Shown here one piece after another: positions 17,416 through 27,646 of a stretch of DNA of 42,370 nt. The stretch's first letter is position 1. Each line of letters starts with the position of its first letter. Position numbers and translations under genes: made by a program. Source of the stretch: Chloroflexota bacterium (GTDB taxonomy: Bacteria > Chloroflexota > Limnocylindria > P2-11E); contig SHYN01000002.1 in NCBI GenBank assembly GCA_009692785.1, forward strand, positions 1-42,370, written 5' to 3'. A model generated the notes under the pieces. It saw nothing but the letters and a program-made list of their open reading frames with translations, made no database searches and was not told the DNA's origin.

Positions 17416-20400
17416 GTGGTGGACGAGCATGACAGCTGTGCGCTCGTGTCGATCGCTCGCAAGGACGGGCGCCCGACGACCGACGTCCTCCATCAGGCGA
17501 TCCAGGGACTTTCGCACCTCGCGCACCGTTCGGGCCTCGTCGACGGCGAAGGGGATGGCGCCGGGGTCCTGACCGACATCCCGCGTGCGCTCTGGTCGGA
17601 GATCCTCGCGGGCGAAGCCGGGCTGCCGGCGACCCTCGCCTCCGATCCGGGCTTCGCCGTTGCGCACGTCTTCGTGCCTCGCCCCGCTGCCGATGACGCG
17701 ATGAGCGCCGTGCGCCGGATCTTCGCGCACCACGCCCTGACCATTGTTCACGAACGGACCGCCACGACAAGCAGCGCCGCCCTCGGTCGAGGTGGCCGCT
17801 CGGCCGAGCCGCTCTTCTGGCAGATCGCATTCACGGCCGCGCTCGGGACGCGCGGCGATCGCGCGCTGTTCGATGCGGCCTTTGCGGTCGAGCGCCAGAC
17901 CGTGGCCACCGTTGCGAGCCTTTCGCGATCAGCGGTGGTCTACAAGCTGCGCGGGAGCGGCGTGCAGCTCACGCGTTACTTCGCCGATCTGGCGGACCCT
18001 CGCTTCGCGACCTCCATGGCGCTGGGTCACAACCGGTACTCGACGAATACGAGCACGACCTTTGAGCGCTGCCAGCCCTTTGGTGCATTCGCACACAACG
18101 GCGAGATCAACACGATCGCTCGCCTGCGAGAGGAAACGGCCGCGCTCGGGCTGCCGCTCTCGCGCGAGGGCAGCGACTCGCAGGACGTCGACGCGCTGCT
18201 TCGTGGGCTCGTGTATCGGCTTGGGCTGCATCCGATCGAGGCCGTGGAGCTCGTCTTTCCGCCGATCATGAATGAGATCGCGCAGCTCTCTGGCGAGCTC
18301 CAGGACCTCTACCTGCAGGCCCGCGCTGCGATCGGTCCGATCGCGCAGGGGCCCGCGGGGATCCTTTCCCGTTTCGACGACGTGTGCATCTTCGGTGTCG
18401 ATGCGATGGGTCTCCGGCCGCTCTGGCACGTCGAGACCGCTGAGGAGCACATGTTTTCGAGTGAGCGCGGCTGGGTGCCGCTCGCACGCTATGTGCGCGA
18501 CCCCAGGCCGCTCGGCCCGGGTGAGCGCAATGCGCTAGTCCGCACCGTTCGCGGCTGGGAGTTCCTCGGCCACGCGGCGCTGCGCGAGCGATTCGCCGTG
18601 CTCCGCGCGCACCGGCGGATCGCCTCCTTCGGCCTGCGCGCCCACCTCGACTGCGGCGGCCCCGACGCGGCGCCGCTGCGCCCCGAGGCCCTCCGCGCCC
18701 GGAGCGAGCCGCACGGCCGCCCTCCGGTGCAGGTCATGACCCCGCCGGACGAGATCGAGGACCTGTCGGTCCGTCGCGAGGCGATGTTCGCCGCCTTCGG
18801 ATACGAGCCCGACGATCTGAAGCAAGCGACGTTCATGCTCCAAACGGCGAACGAGGCCATTAGCTCCCTCGGCTACGACGGCCCGCTCGCCGTGCTCTCG
18901 GAGCAGCGGCCCAACGTGGCCGACTTCCTTCAGGAGACCGTGGCCGTCGTCACGAACCCAGCGGTCGACCGCGAGCGCGAGATCGAGCACTTTTCCACCC
19001 GGATCGTGCTCGGCCCGCGGCCGACGCCGCACCGCGCGGCCGACCTGCGACCGTGGGTCGAGCTGCGTCACCCGATCATCCTCGGCGGCCACGAGGCCGA
19101 ATCCGCACTGGATGCGGGGGACTACCGCGCACTCGCACGGTCCCTGGGCACCTGGCTGCTGGAGGATGTCGAGGCGCGCTTCGCGACCGATGGCGCCCGA
19201 CCCCCGATCCTCGTCGAGGCGGATCGCGACTGGGAGGAGCACCCGCGCGACGCGCTCGCCCGTATCGCCGCTGCCGCGTGCGTTGGCGTTCGCGCCGGCG
19301 CGCGTCTGGTGGTCATCCGCGACCGACATGCGGTCGATGAAGGCCGTGCCTGGCTCGATCCGATGCTCGTCACGGCCGCGGTCCATCGCGCGCTTGGGGT
19401 CCAGCCGTCGCGCTCCGGCTCGCTGCGTCGGGACTGCGGCCTTGTCGTGTCGGTCGGCAGCCTGCGCAACCTTCACGACATCGTCACGGCGCTCGCGCTC
19501 GGCGCCGATGCCGTGAACCCGTACCTCCTCCTCGAATACGCCATCTCGTCGGGCGACCCCGACGCACAGGCGAACCTCGTCGAGGCGATGCGCAAGGGGA
19601 TCGAGAAGGTCATCTCCACGCTCGGCATCCACGAGGTGCGGGGCTACGGTCGGCAGCTCGCCGCGGTGGGTGTCGCGCCGGAGATCGCGCGCCTTCTTGG
19701 TGTGCGCACCTTCGTCGGCCGTGACGGTGTCGGCCTCGATTGGGAGCGGGTCGGCCGGGACGGGATGGAGCGCTCCGCGATGCTGCGCCAGCGGACCGTG
19801 GCTCGGCTCTCGCCCGCGTTCAGGATCTACCCGCGGGTCTGGAAGGCGGCGCTTCAGGCGGCGAATGGCGAGGTGCCGTGGGCGTCGTATGCCGAGCGCC
19901 TCCGCGAAATGGAGGAGCAGCACCCCGTCGCGCTCCGCCACCTCCTGGATATCGTCGGCGGCGCGCCGGCACCTGACGGTCGCCGCGCCGACACGCAGGC
20001 GGGGGAGCACGATGCCCCGTTCTACATCTCGTCGATGTCCTTCGGTTCCCAGGGTGAGACCGCGTATCGCGCCTACGCCGAAGCCGCGTTCCGCATGAAC
20101 ATCCTCTGCATCAACGGCGAAGGTGGGGAGCTTCCCGATCTCTACGGCCGGTACCCACGCAACCGCGGCCAGCAGGTCGCGTCGGGTCGCTTCGGCGTGT
20201 CCGCGGGCCTCACGAACTCGTCCGACTATCTCGAGATCAAGATCGGGCAGGGTGCCAAGCCCGGCGAGGGCGGCCACCTTCCCGCGCGCAAGGTGACGGC
20301 CAAGGTCGCGCTCGCGCGGAATGCGACGCCCGGCTCCGACCTCATCTCGCCGTCGAACAATCACGACATCTACTCGATCGAGGACCTCGCGCAGGTCGTG

Positions 20401-21861
20401 CACGAGCTCAAGACCGTGAACCCGCGGGCCAGGGTGGCGGTGAAGGTCCCGGTCGTGCCCGAGATCGGCATCATCGCCGTTGGTGTTGCGAAGAGCGGTG
20501 CCGACATCATCACGCTGTCGGGGTACGACGGTGGGACCGGCGCGGCTCGCCAGCACGCGCTCCGGCGGGCGGGGATGCCCAGTGACCTGGGCGTGCGTGA
20601 GGCGCACCGCGCGCTCGTCGAGTCAGGGCTCCGAGACCGTGTCGAGCTGTGGTGCGACGGAGGCATGAAGAGCGCGACCGACATCGTCAAGATGCTCTGC
20701 CTCGGCGCGGATCGAGTGGGATTCGGCACGCTCGCGATGGTCGCGATCGGCTGCACGATCTGCCGTGGTTGCCAGCTCGACACCTGCCATGTGGGCATCG
20801 CGACGCAGATCGAAACATCCGCCGAGGCCTCCGATCGGGGGATCAAGCGATTCGAGCCCCAGGAGCTCGATCGCGCCGTCGCGAACCTCCAGCGCTTCTT
20901 CGGCGCCATGCGCGAGGATCTTGCCGCGATCGCGGGCGCGCTCGGCGTCGCCTCCACCCGTGAGCTTGTCGGACGGGTCGACCTGCTGGCCCAGGTGCGC
21001 GGCGCCGACCGGGTCGATCTCACGGCACTGCTCACCCCGCTTGCGGAGGAATGGTCGCCGGCGCAGGTACGGACGTCCCTGTTCGTCGCCGCTCCGCTGA
21101 GTGTCGGTGATGCTCCGCTCAGCGCGCTCGACCGGTTCGTGGGAACCGCCGAGTCGGGTGCGCTGGCTCGCCAGCGGATCTTCGCCAAGGTGAGCGGCAC
21201 GCACGAGCGCGTGTTCCCGACCGGCTCGATCGCGGGAAACGGCTTCGCCGCCTACGCGACCGAGGGCGTCACACTCCACCTGAGCGGTGGGGCCCAGGAC
21301 GGAGCGGCAAAGTCCGCGCTCGGCGGGACGTTCGTGATCCTCAAGGCCCCGAACGCCGAAGGCCGGTTCGTCGACGGCTCGGTGGGGAAATGCTTCGCTT
21401 ACGGTGCTCAGCGCGGCCGGTTCCTCGTGCAGGGCTCGGCCGACGCGCGCGCCGGAATCCGCCTTTCGGGCGCGGATGTCGTCTTCGGCGGTGATCTCCA
21501 TGGTTTCGCGTTCGAGTACATGACCGCAGGCCGCGGCGTCGTGCTTGGTGACCCGGGCAGGTGGATCTGCTCGGGCATGAGCGGTGGCGTCGTGTACGTC
21601 CGCGTCGATCGGGCGCTCGATGAGCTCGCGCTCGGCAGACGCCTTGCGAAGGGCGGCCGGGTGGCGGTGCGACCGCTCGCGGCCGCGGATCGCGCTGACC
21701 TCGCGGAGCTCCTTGGCGCGTATGCCGACGAGCTGCAGCAGAGCGGTCAGCCGGCGGACGCCGAGCGGGTGCGGGCACTCCTCGCGGAGCCGGATCGGCA
21801 CTTTCGGGCAGTGCGGCCCGGCACCGGAGAAACGGTGGACCAGAGCATTTCGACCGAGTGA
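17416..21861 (+). CDS. gltB: glutamate synthase large subunit
   Basis: All four domains are present. Ntn-amidotransferase: DSCALVSIA.., HNRYSTNTSTTFERCQPF. Central domain. FMN domain: ISSMSFGSQGE, KIGQGAKPGEGGHLP, GGTGAA. C-terminal GXGXG beta-helix domain. GAAAGGAG lies 6 nt upstream of GTG 17416. Confidence 0.9.
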   Translation: MVDEHDSCALVSIARKDGRPTTDVLHQAIQGLSHLAHRSGLVDGEGDGAGVLTDIPRALWSEILAGEAGLPATLASDPGFAVAHVFVPRPAADDAMSAVRRIFAHHALTIVHERTATTSSAALGRGGRSAEPLFWQIAFTAALGTRGDRALFDAAFAVERQTVATVASLSRSAVVYKLRGSGVQLTRYFADLADPRFATSMALGHNRYSTNTSTTFERCQPFGAFAHNGEINTIARLREETAALGLPLSREGSDSQDVDALLRGLVYRLGLHPIEAVELVFPPIMNEIAQLSGELQDLYLQARAAIGPIAQGPAGILSRFDDVCIFGVDAMGLRPLWHVETAEEHMFSSERGWVPLARYVRDPRPLGPGERNALVRTVRGWEFLGHAALRERFAVLRAHRRIASFGLRAHLDCGGPDAAPLRPEALRARSEPHGRPPVQVMTPPDEIEDLSVRREAMFAAFGYEPDDLKQATFMLQTANEAISSLGYDGPLAVLSEQRPNVADFLQETVAVVTNPAVDREREIEHFSTRIVLGPRPTPHRAADLRPWVELRHPIILGGHEAESALDAGDYRALARSLGTWLLEDVEARFATDGARPPILVEADRDWEEHPRDALARIAAAACVGVRAGARLVVIRDRHAVDEGRAWLDPMLVTAAVHRALGVQPSRSGSLRRDCGLVVSVGSLRNLHDIVTALALGADAVNPYLLLEYAISSGDPDAQANLVEAMRKGIEKVISTLGIHEVRGYGRQLAAVGVAPEIARLLGVRTFVGRDGVGLDWERVGRDGMERSAMLRQRTVARLSPAFRIYPRVWKAALQAANGEVPWASYAERLREMEEQHPVALRHLLDIVGGAPAPDGRRADTQAGEHDAPFYISSMSFGSQGETAYRAYAEAAFRMNILCINGEGGELPDLYGRYPRNRGQQVASGRFGVSAGLTNSSDYLEIKIGQGAKPGEGGHLPARKVTAKVALARNATPGSDLISPSNNHDIYSIEDLAQVVHELKTVNPRARVAVKVPVVPEIGIIAVGVAKSGADIITLSGYDGGTGAARQHALRRAGMPSDLGVREAHRALVESGLRDRVELWCDGGMKSATDIVKMLCLGADRVGFGTLAMVAIGCTICRGCQLDTCHVGIATQIETSAEASDRGIKRFEPQELDRAVANLQRFFGAMREDLAAIAGALGVASTRELVGRVDLLAQVRGADRVDLTALLTPLAEEWSPAQVRTSLFVAAPLSVGDAPLSALDRFVGTAESGALARQRIFAKVSGTHERVFPTGSIAGNGFAAYATEGVTLHLSGGAQDGAAKSALGGTFVILKAPNAEGRFVDGSVGKCFAYGAQRGRFLVQGSADARAGIRLSGADVVFGGDLHGFAFEYMTAGRGVVLGDPGRWICSGMSGGVVYVRVDRALDELALGRRLAKGGRVAVRPLAAADRADLAELLGAYADELQQSGQPADAERVRALLAEPDRHFRAVRPGTGETVDQSISTE

Positions 21862-22961
21862 CCTTAGGCTTGGCCTTCATGGCAGACGATCGACCCGCGA
21901 TCAGCGACCAGAGCGAGCAGGCCCTGCTGTCGTGGCTCGAGGCGCATGGTGAGCCGGCGTATCGGGCAAAGCAGATCCGGCGCTCGCTTGCGCGTGGCTC
22001 CGCCTCCTCGTGGGAGGAGCTCACCAATCTCCCGCATGCGCTCCGCGGTGCCCTGGCCACGGAATTCCGCTGGTCGACGGTGGACCTGGTCGCCGAGGAG
22101 GCGAGCGCCGATGGTGAGACCCGCAAGGCGCTCCTGCGCCTTCGCGACGGCTCGCAGATCGAGACCGTCCTCATGCCGCATCATGGCGACCGGAATGCGA
22201 TCTGCCTTTCCACGCAGGTCGGCTGCGCGATGGCCTGCGCCTTCTGCGCGACCGGCGAGATGGGTCTCCTTCGGAATCTCAGCACAGCCGAGATCATCGA
22301 CCAGGTGCGCCATTGGCAGAAAGATCTCGTCCGCCGGGGCGACCGAGTCTCGCATGTGGTCTACATGGGCATGGGCGAACCGCTCCACAACTACGCCGCG
22401 ACGCTCGCTTCGGTCCGGATGCTCATCGACCATGAGCTGTTCGCGATCAGCCCCAGACGGCTGACCATCTCGACGAGTGGCCTGGTGCCGCAGATCGATC
22501 GCCTCGCGGCCGAGGACCTGCCGGTGAACCTCGCGGTGTCACTCCATGCGCCCGACGACGCCACGCGCAGCCTGGTGATGCCGGTGAATAAGCGTTGGGG
22601 GGTCGAGGCGGTCCTCGCCGCCGCCGCGCGCTACGTCGCGCGCACCCGCCGGCGCATCACGTTCGAGTATGTGCTGCTCAGAGGGGTGAATGACTCCGCG
22701 ACCGCTGCGACCGCGCTCGCCGCGCTCATCGTCGCGCACGGCCGGCCGCAGGATTCGCACGTGAATCTCATTCCGGTGAACGCCGGGCCGGGCGGCTTCA
22801 CGCGACCGCGAATCGAGACGACCGAACGGTTCGCGCAGATCCTGCGCGACGCGGGGATCGTGGCGACCGTTCGGATCAGCAAGGGTCAGGACATCGCCGC
22901 GGGATGCGGCCAGCTGAAGGTCGTGAACGAGCGGAGGTCCGGGGCCGCGGCGCGGGTCTAG
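21858..22961 (+). CDS. rlmN: 23S rRNA/tRNA adenine-C2 methyltransferase, radical SAM
   Basis: YRAKQI and the radical-SAM cluster CAMACAFCATG are present, along with MGMGEPL and GQDIAAGCGQL. The start forms a GTGA overlap with the gltB stop; an alternative start is ATG 21879. Confidence 0.9.
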   Translation: MTLGLAFMADDRPAISDQSEQALLSWLEAHGEPAYRAKQIRRSLARGSASSWEELTNLPHALRGALATEFRWSTVDLVAEEASADGETRKALLRLRDGSQIETVLMPHHGDRNAICLSTQVGCAMACAFCATGEMGLLRNLSTAEIIDQVRHWQKDLVRRGDRVSHVVYMGMGEPLHNYAATLASVRMLIDHELFAISPRRLTISTSGLVPQIDRLAAEDLPVNLAVSLHAPDDATRSLVMPVNKRWGVEAVLAAAARYVARTRRRITFEYVLLRGVNDSATAATALAALIVAHGRPQDSHVNLIPVNAGPGGFTRPRIETTERFAQILRDAGIVATVRISKGQDIAAGCGQLKVVNERRSGAAARV

Positions 22962-23176
22962 TTCTTCGCGGCCTTCGCTGCCTTCTCGGCCTTCTTTGCC
23001 ATCCGAGCATCCTTGGTCTGGGTCCGCAGGCAGCGGGTGCACACCAGCATTTTTGTGCCGGCGATGGCCGATACGTGCAGGTTCGCCGCGAAGCGGCGGT
23101 GCGTGTGGACCTTTGAGTGGCTCACGTTGTAGCCGAAGGCGGCGGACTTGCCGCAGAGCGCGCAGGCACGGGGCAT
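22958..23176 (-). CDS. rpmB: 50S ribosomal protein L28 (Cys-containing form)
   Basis: The translation begins MPRACALCGKSAAFGYNVSHSKVHTHRRF..CTRCLR. AAGGAG lies upstream of ATG 23176. Its stop overlaps the rlmN stop within CTAG at 22958-22961. Confidence 0.9.
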   Translation of the reverse strand: MPRACALCGKSAAFGYNVSHSKVHTHRRFAANLHVSAIAGTKMLVCTRCLRTQTKDARMAKKAEKAAKAAKN

Positions 23177-23196
23177 CAGGCTTCTCCTTGCTTCTT

Positions 23197-24885
23197 GTGC
23201 TCGCCGCTCGGGCGAGCCCGCCTCCGGCCGCGCTCGCCGCTGCCGGCTCCGACAAGTCAGAGGTTCTGGATGCAAATGGTACAGTCGCCCCCATCGGTAC
23301 GCAATGCGACGGGGCTTCCCTCCTTCACGTGCTGGAGGCCGCGGCCGACCGTCTCGCCGCTCACGTGGACGAGGTCAACGCCCTCAATGTGTATCCGGTC
23401 CCCGACGGCGACACCGGGACCAATCTGCTCCACACGATGCGGACCGCTCTTGCCCACGCCCACACTGCGGAGCCGACCTGCAGCGCGGTCGCCGCAGCGC
23501 TGGCGCACGGTGCCCTGATGGGCGCGCGGGGGAACAGCGGCGTGATCCTCTCGCAGATCATCCTCGGCCTGAAGGACGCACTGGTCGGGCGCACGCTCCT
23601 CGGTGGAGCGGAGCTCGTGGCCGCTGTCGGGGCCGCCCGGTCGCACGCCTTCCTGGCCGTCACGAAGCCCGCCGCCGGGACGATGCTCACCCTGCTCGCC
23701 GCCGTCGATGACGCGATCCAGGGTTCGGGTGACTTGCCGGCCGATGAGGTCCTCCGCCTGATCGTCTCCGCCGGCGTGCCCGCGGTCCGCGCGACCCAGG
23801 GGCAGAATCCGATGAACCGGGCGGCGGGCGTCGTCGATGCAGGAGCGCGCGGACTCTGGTTGCTCTTTGACGGCGCGCAGGCGGCACTCGACGGTCACGC
23901 CGACCAGAGCATGCCCGTCGCCCGCGCCTCCGTCATTGTGCCGCCGAAGGTCACAGCGGACTCCTCGTGGGCCGGTGCGTACGATGTGCAATTCCTCGTC
24001 GAGCATCCGACACGCGCGATCGGCGCGATCCGTGAGGAGATGCTCACCTATGGTGCCGACTGCGTGCTCGTCGTCGGCGACGAAACGGTGATGAAGGTCC
24101 ACGTGCACACCCTTCATCCCGACGAGATCCTGCGCATCGGCCTGTCGGCGGGTCGTGTCGCCGACGTCGTGGTCGAGGATCTGGATGCGATGAGCGAGGC
24201 GCATGCACAAGCCACAGGGATCGTCGTCCGCCCGCCGGCGGCGGTGCTCGCGCTCGTCACGGTGGTCCCCGGAGACGGCTTCGCCGAGGTGGCGCGGTCG
24301 CTCGGCGGGGTTCCGCTCCGAGGCGGCGCCACGATGAATCCCTCGACGGAAGAGCTTCTCGATGCGATCCGCGGCGCGAACGCGTCCCGGACCCTCGTGC
24401 TCCCCAATGATCGGAACGTCGTCCTCGCGGCCCGGCAGGCCGCGACGCTCACCACGGGGGTCATCGTCATCGAGAGCGAGAACATCGCACAGGGAATGGC
24501 CGCTCTCGTCGCATTCGACCCCGCGGGAGATCCCGCGGAGGTCGCGCTCCAGATGGAGAAGGCCGTACGCGCCACGCGCTGCGTCGAGCTCACCCGAGCG
24601 GTCCGGGACGCGAAGGTGGACGGTCGCGCGGTGCGCGAGGGCCAGGCGCTGGCGCTTCTCGATGGACGAGTGGTCGCACACGGCGACGCCGAGCTCGCCG
24701 TGCTCGCCGAGGCCGGTGCGCTGCTCGCCGGGGCCGGGCTGCTGACGCTCTACGTGGGCTCTGCCGTGTCCGCCGAGCGGTCGGCGGCGGCACACGCGAG
24801 GCTGGCCGCCGCCTGCCCGAGCGCTGAGATCCAGGTCCTCGAGGGTGGCCAGCCTCATTACGCCTTCGTCATCCAGGCCGAGTGA
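23197..24885 (+). CDS. DAK2 domain-containing protein (YloV-like)
   Basis: The Dak2 motif LNVYPVPDGDTGTNL and ARGNSGVILSQ are present, followed by a C-terminal DegV/YloV-type domain. It has the classic position between divergent rpmB and recG. The start is uncertain: GTG 23197, TTG 23188 or GTG 23329. Confidence 0.8.
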   Translation: MLAARASPPPAALAAAGSDKSEVLDANGTVAPIGTQCDGASLLHVLEAAADRLAAHVDEVNALNVYPVPDGDTGTNLLHTMRTALAHAHTAEPTCSAVAAALAHGALMGARGNSGVILSQIILGLKDALVGRTLLGGAELVAAVGAARSHAFLAVTKPAAGTMLTLLAAVDDAIQGSGDLPADEVLRLIVSAGVPAVRATQGQNPMNRAAGVVDAGARGLWLLFDGAQAALDGHADQSMPVARASVIVPPKVTADSSWAGAYDVQFLVEHPTRAIGAIREEMLTYGADCVLVVGDETVMKVHVHTLHPDEILRIGLSAGRVADVVVEDLDAMSEAHAQATGIVVRPPAAVLALVTVVPGDGFAEVARSLGGVPLRGGATMNPSTEELLDAIRGANASRTLVLPNDRNVVLAARQAATLTTGVIVIESENIAQGMAALVAFDPAGDPAEVALQMEKAVRATRCVELTRAVRDAKVDGRAVREGQALALLDGRVVAHGDAELAVLAEAGALLAGAGLLTLYVGSAVSAERSAAAHARLAAACPSAEIQVLEGGQPHYAFVIQAE

Positions 24886-24898
24886 GGTCGGCGACCCG

Positions 24899-27049
24899 GT
24901 GACGGTCGCGCGTGCGCCGCGGCTGCCGGACAGCTCGCTCGATCTACCCGTGACCCGGCTCTGGGGCGTGGGGGCGGAGTCGGCAAAGCTCTTCGAGCGG
25001 CTGGAGATCAGGACCATCGGCGACCTGCTCTGGCATCTGCCGCGCCGCTACAAGGACTACCGCACGGCGCTGCCGCTCGCCGCCGTGCGGGCGGGCGCGG
25101 AGCAGACCGTCGAAGCCGTGCTGGGGAAGATCGCGCAGCGGCGGACGCGGAGCGGACTTCTCCTCACCGAGGCCGAGCTTCTGGATGCGGACGGCACGCC
25201 GAGCGCGGTGCGGGCATCGTGGTTCGGAAAGCAGTTCATCGCGGAGCGCTTTCGCGAAGGCGCCGTCGTGCGGCTCGCGGGCAAGGTCGCGTTCCAGGGC
25301 CGCGGCCTCGTGTTCCAGCAACCCGCGATGGAGCCGGCGGGCGCGGCGGCGATCCACACCGGACGGATGGTGCCGGTCTACAAACTCACCGAGGGGCTCA
25401 AGGAGGGCCAGGTCCGGCGCTTCCTTCACACCGCGATCGAGGGCGAGGCCGGGCGGGCATCGGCGGTCGTCGGCGAGCTTCCGGACCTCGTCCCCGCCGA
25501 CACGCGTGCCCGCCACGGCCTGCCCACCATCGCGCAGGCCCTCGCGCAGGTGCATTTCCCCAACGCTCCGGAGGATCTCTTTGCCGCTCGGCGCGCGCTC
25601 GGGTTCCAGGAGCTGCTCGTCCTTCAGCTCGCCCTCGGTCAGCGGCGGGCGCGGTGGACCAGGAGCGCGAAGGCGCCGGTGCTCCACGCCTCGGATGCGC
25701 AGGTCGCCGAGTGGACGAGGGCGCTTCCGTTCTCGCTCACCGCGGCCCAGGTGCGTTCGTTCGGTGAGGTCCGGGGCGACCTCGCTCGGACCGTGCCGAT
25801 GTCGCGTCTTCTCCAGGGTGATGTGGGCTCGGGCAAGACCGTCGTCGCCGCTCTGGCCGTGCGGATCGCCGTTGCAGCCGGAGCCCAGGCCGCGCTCATG
25901 GCGCCGACCGAGCTCCTCGCCGAGCAACATTTCCGGTCGCTGCGGGGCCTGTGGCAAGAGGATGGGCCGAGCCTCGAGCTGCTCTCATCGAGCACCGGCG
26001 CCGCGCGCAAGCGGGAGATCCTCGCGCGGCTCGGGGACGGCTCGCTCGACATCATCGTGGGGACGCATGCGCTCGTGGAGGACAACGTCACCTTTCATCG
26101 GCTCGGGCTTTCGATCGTCGACGAGCAGCATCGATTCGGCGTACGGCAGCGCGCCACCTTCCGCGAGAAGGGCCAGGATCCGCATCTGCTGCTGACCACG
26201 GCGACGCCGATCCCCCAGACGCTGTCGCAGACCCTCTACCGGGACCTTGATGTATCGGTCATCGACGAGCTTCCCGCGGGCCGTCAGCCGATCCGCACGG
26301 AGGTGCGCGAGCCCGACGCACTTCCCAAGGTCTGGCCCTGGCTGCGCGAGCGTGTGGCTGCGGGTGAGCAGGCCTTCATCGTGTGTCCGCGGATCGGCGG
26401 CGACGACGACGATGATGATGACGCGCGTGGCGTGGCGGCCACCGAGATCGCCCGAGACCTGGAGCGTGGCCCGCTTGCCGGGCTTCGGATCGGCCTGCTT
26501 CATGGGCGCCTGCCGGCAAAGGAGCGGGATGAGCGGATGCGGCGTTTCGCCGCCGGTCAGCTCGACGTTCTGGTCGCCACGACGGTGGTGGAGGTGGGGA
26601 TCGATGTCCCGCGCGCGACGGTCATGATCGTGCTCTCGGCGGAGCGCTTTGGGCTGGCGACGCTCCACCAGCTTCGTGGGCGGGTCGGCCGCGGCGACCA
26701 GCGTTCGTTCTGCGTCCTCGTGAGCGCGGGTGCCGCCGAGTCAGAACGCCTTCGCGCCATGACCGAGACGAAGCGCGGCGCGGACGGCGCGGCGGTCCCG
26801 CTCGACGGGTTCGATCTGGCGCGGCGCGACCTCGAGATCCGTGGGGCCGGCGAGTTCCTCGGTGAGCGCCAGCACGGCTCGAACGAGCTGCGGATCGTTG
26901 ACTTCGACGACATCGACCCGCGCCTCTTGGGGGATACCGGCGCGGAGGCTGACCGGATCCTCGCGGACGATCCCGACCTTGTGCTGCCCGACCATGCGCG
27001 TCTGGCGAAGGCGGTGGGTGACCTCTGGGACCGCTATGCCCTGGCCTGA
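24899..27049 (+). CDS. recG: ATP-dependent DNA helicase RecG
   Basis: An N-terminal wedge region is present (..LWGVG..HLPRRY), with Walker A GDVGSGKT, DEQHRFGV, TATPIPQT and QLRGRVGRG. The start is taken at GTG 24899, just after the DAK2 stop; the track start at 24845 overlaps that gene by 41 nt. Confidence 0.9.
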   Translation: MTVARAPRLPDSSLDLPVTRLWGVGAESAKLFERLEIRTIGDLLWHLPRRYKDYRTALPLAAVRAGAEQTVEAVLGKIAQRRTRSGLLLTEAELLDADGTPSAVRASWFGKQFIAERFREGAVVRLAGKVAFQGRGLVFQQPAMEPAGAAAIHTGRMVPVYKLTEGLKEGQVRRFLHTAIEGEAGRASAVVGELPDLVPADTRARHGLPTIAQALAQVHFPNAPEDLFAARRALGFQELLVLQLALGQRRARWTRSAKAPVLHASDAQVAEWTRALPFSLTAAQVRSFGEVRGDLARTVPMSRLLQGDVGSGKTVVAALAVRIAVAAGAQAALMAPTELLAEQHFRSLRGLWQEDGPSLELLSSSTGAARKREILARLGDGSLDIIVGTHALVEDNVTFHRLGLSIVDEQHRFGVRQRATFREKGQDPHLLLTTATPIPQTLSQTLYRDLDVSVIDELPAGRQPIRTEVREPDALPKVWPWLRERVAAGEQAFIVCPRIGGDDDDDDDARGVAATEIARDLERGPLAGLRIGLLHGRLPAKERDERMRRFAAGQLDVLVATTVVEVGIDVPRATVMIVLSAERFGLATLHQLRGRVGRGDQRSFCVLVSAGAAESERLRAMTETKRGADGAAVPLDGFDLARRDLEIRGAGEFLGERQHGSNELRIVDFDDIDPRLLGDTGAEADRILADDPDLVLPDHARLAKAVGDLWDRYALA

Positions 27050-27646
27050 ATGCCGGAGGCCCGGGTGAGGGTCATCGCGGGTGAGGCGAAGGGGCGCCAG
27101 CTCGTCCACCCCGGAGGACCCGGCACGCGGCCGGCCACCGACCGGATCCGCGAAACGCTCTTCGCCATCCTTGAGCCGCGTCTTGGCGGCGCGCGCGTCC
27201 TGGACCTCTTTGCCGGCGCCGGGACCCTCGGGGTCGAGGCGCTCTCGCGGGGCGCCTCCCACGTGACATTCGTGGAGCGCGCGGCGCCGGCCCTGGCCGC
27301 ACTGCGAGAGAATCTCCAGGTGACGGGCTTCGCGGGGCGGGCGACGGTCGTTGCCGCGGATGTGCGCCGCTTTGCCCTGGCACCCGGCGGCCCCTACGAC
27401 CTGATCCTCTGCGATCCGCCCTTCGTCGACGCGCGGGAGCTGCGCGACCTTCTGGCGCTGGCCACCGTGCGCGGCGCGCTTGCCGAGGGGGGCCAGGTGG
27501 TGCTCCGCGCCCACCGGAAGACCCTCCCAGACCTCGCCGGGGTCGCTCGGGTGGCGCGGGAGCGCGTCGTCGGCGAGGAGGTCCTCCGTTTCGTAGAGTA
27601 CGATTTATCCGCGATAGGCGTCTCGCCGGAGGGTGATTTTGGATAG
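27050..27646 (+). CDS. rsmD: 16S rRNA (guanine966-N2)-methyltransferase
   Basis: The SAM motif DLFAGAGTLGVEALSRGA and the DPPF motif are present. The start ATG 27050 abuts the recG stop; an alternative start is GTG 27065. Confidence 0.85.
   Translation: MPEARVRVIAGEAKGRQLVHPGGPGTRPATDRIRETLFAILEPRLGGARVLDLFAGAGTLGVEALSRGASHVTFVERAAPALAALRENLQVTGFAGRATVVAADVRRFALAPGGPYDLILCDPPFVDARELRDLLALATVRGALAEGGQVVLRAHRKTLPDLAGVARVARERVVGEEVLRFVEYDLSAIGVSPEGDFG

Noticed and set aside
18535-21801. 690-aa (18535-20607) and 392-aa (20623-21801) minus-strand ORFs antisense to gltB.
   Set aside because: The reasoning is the same. The + strand frame carries contiguous glutamate synthase motifs, and the antisense translations are low-complexity and Arg/Pro/Gly-rich.
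23257-25017. A 586-aa minus-strand ORF antisense to the DAK2 gene and the recG start. Similar antisense ORFs occur at 1923-3044, 10267-11295, 15254-16270, 28306-29664, 31904-33121 and 37436-38845.
   Set aside because: All lie opposite + strand genes with clear family signatures, and none shows a recognisable domain. The third-position GC bias (read by eye) favours the + strand frames.
26402-26422. (GAC)3(GAT)3GAC trinucleotide repeat in recG, and (GAC)5 at 15554-15568 in def.
   Set aside because: They are in frame and simply encode poly-Asp linkers (D7 in RecG at the position of an acidic loop, D5 in the Def extension). They are not a repeat element or a CRISPR-like array.
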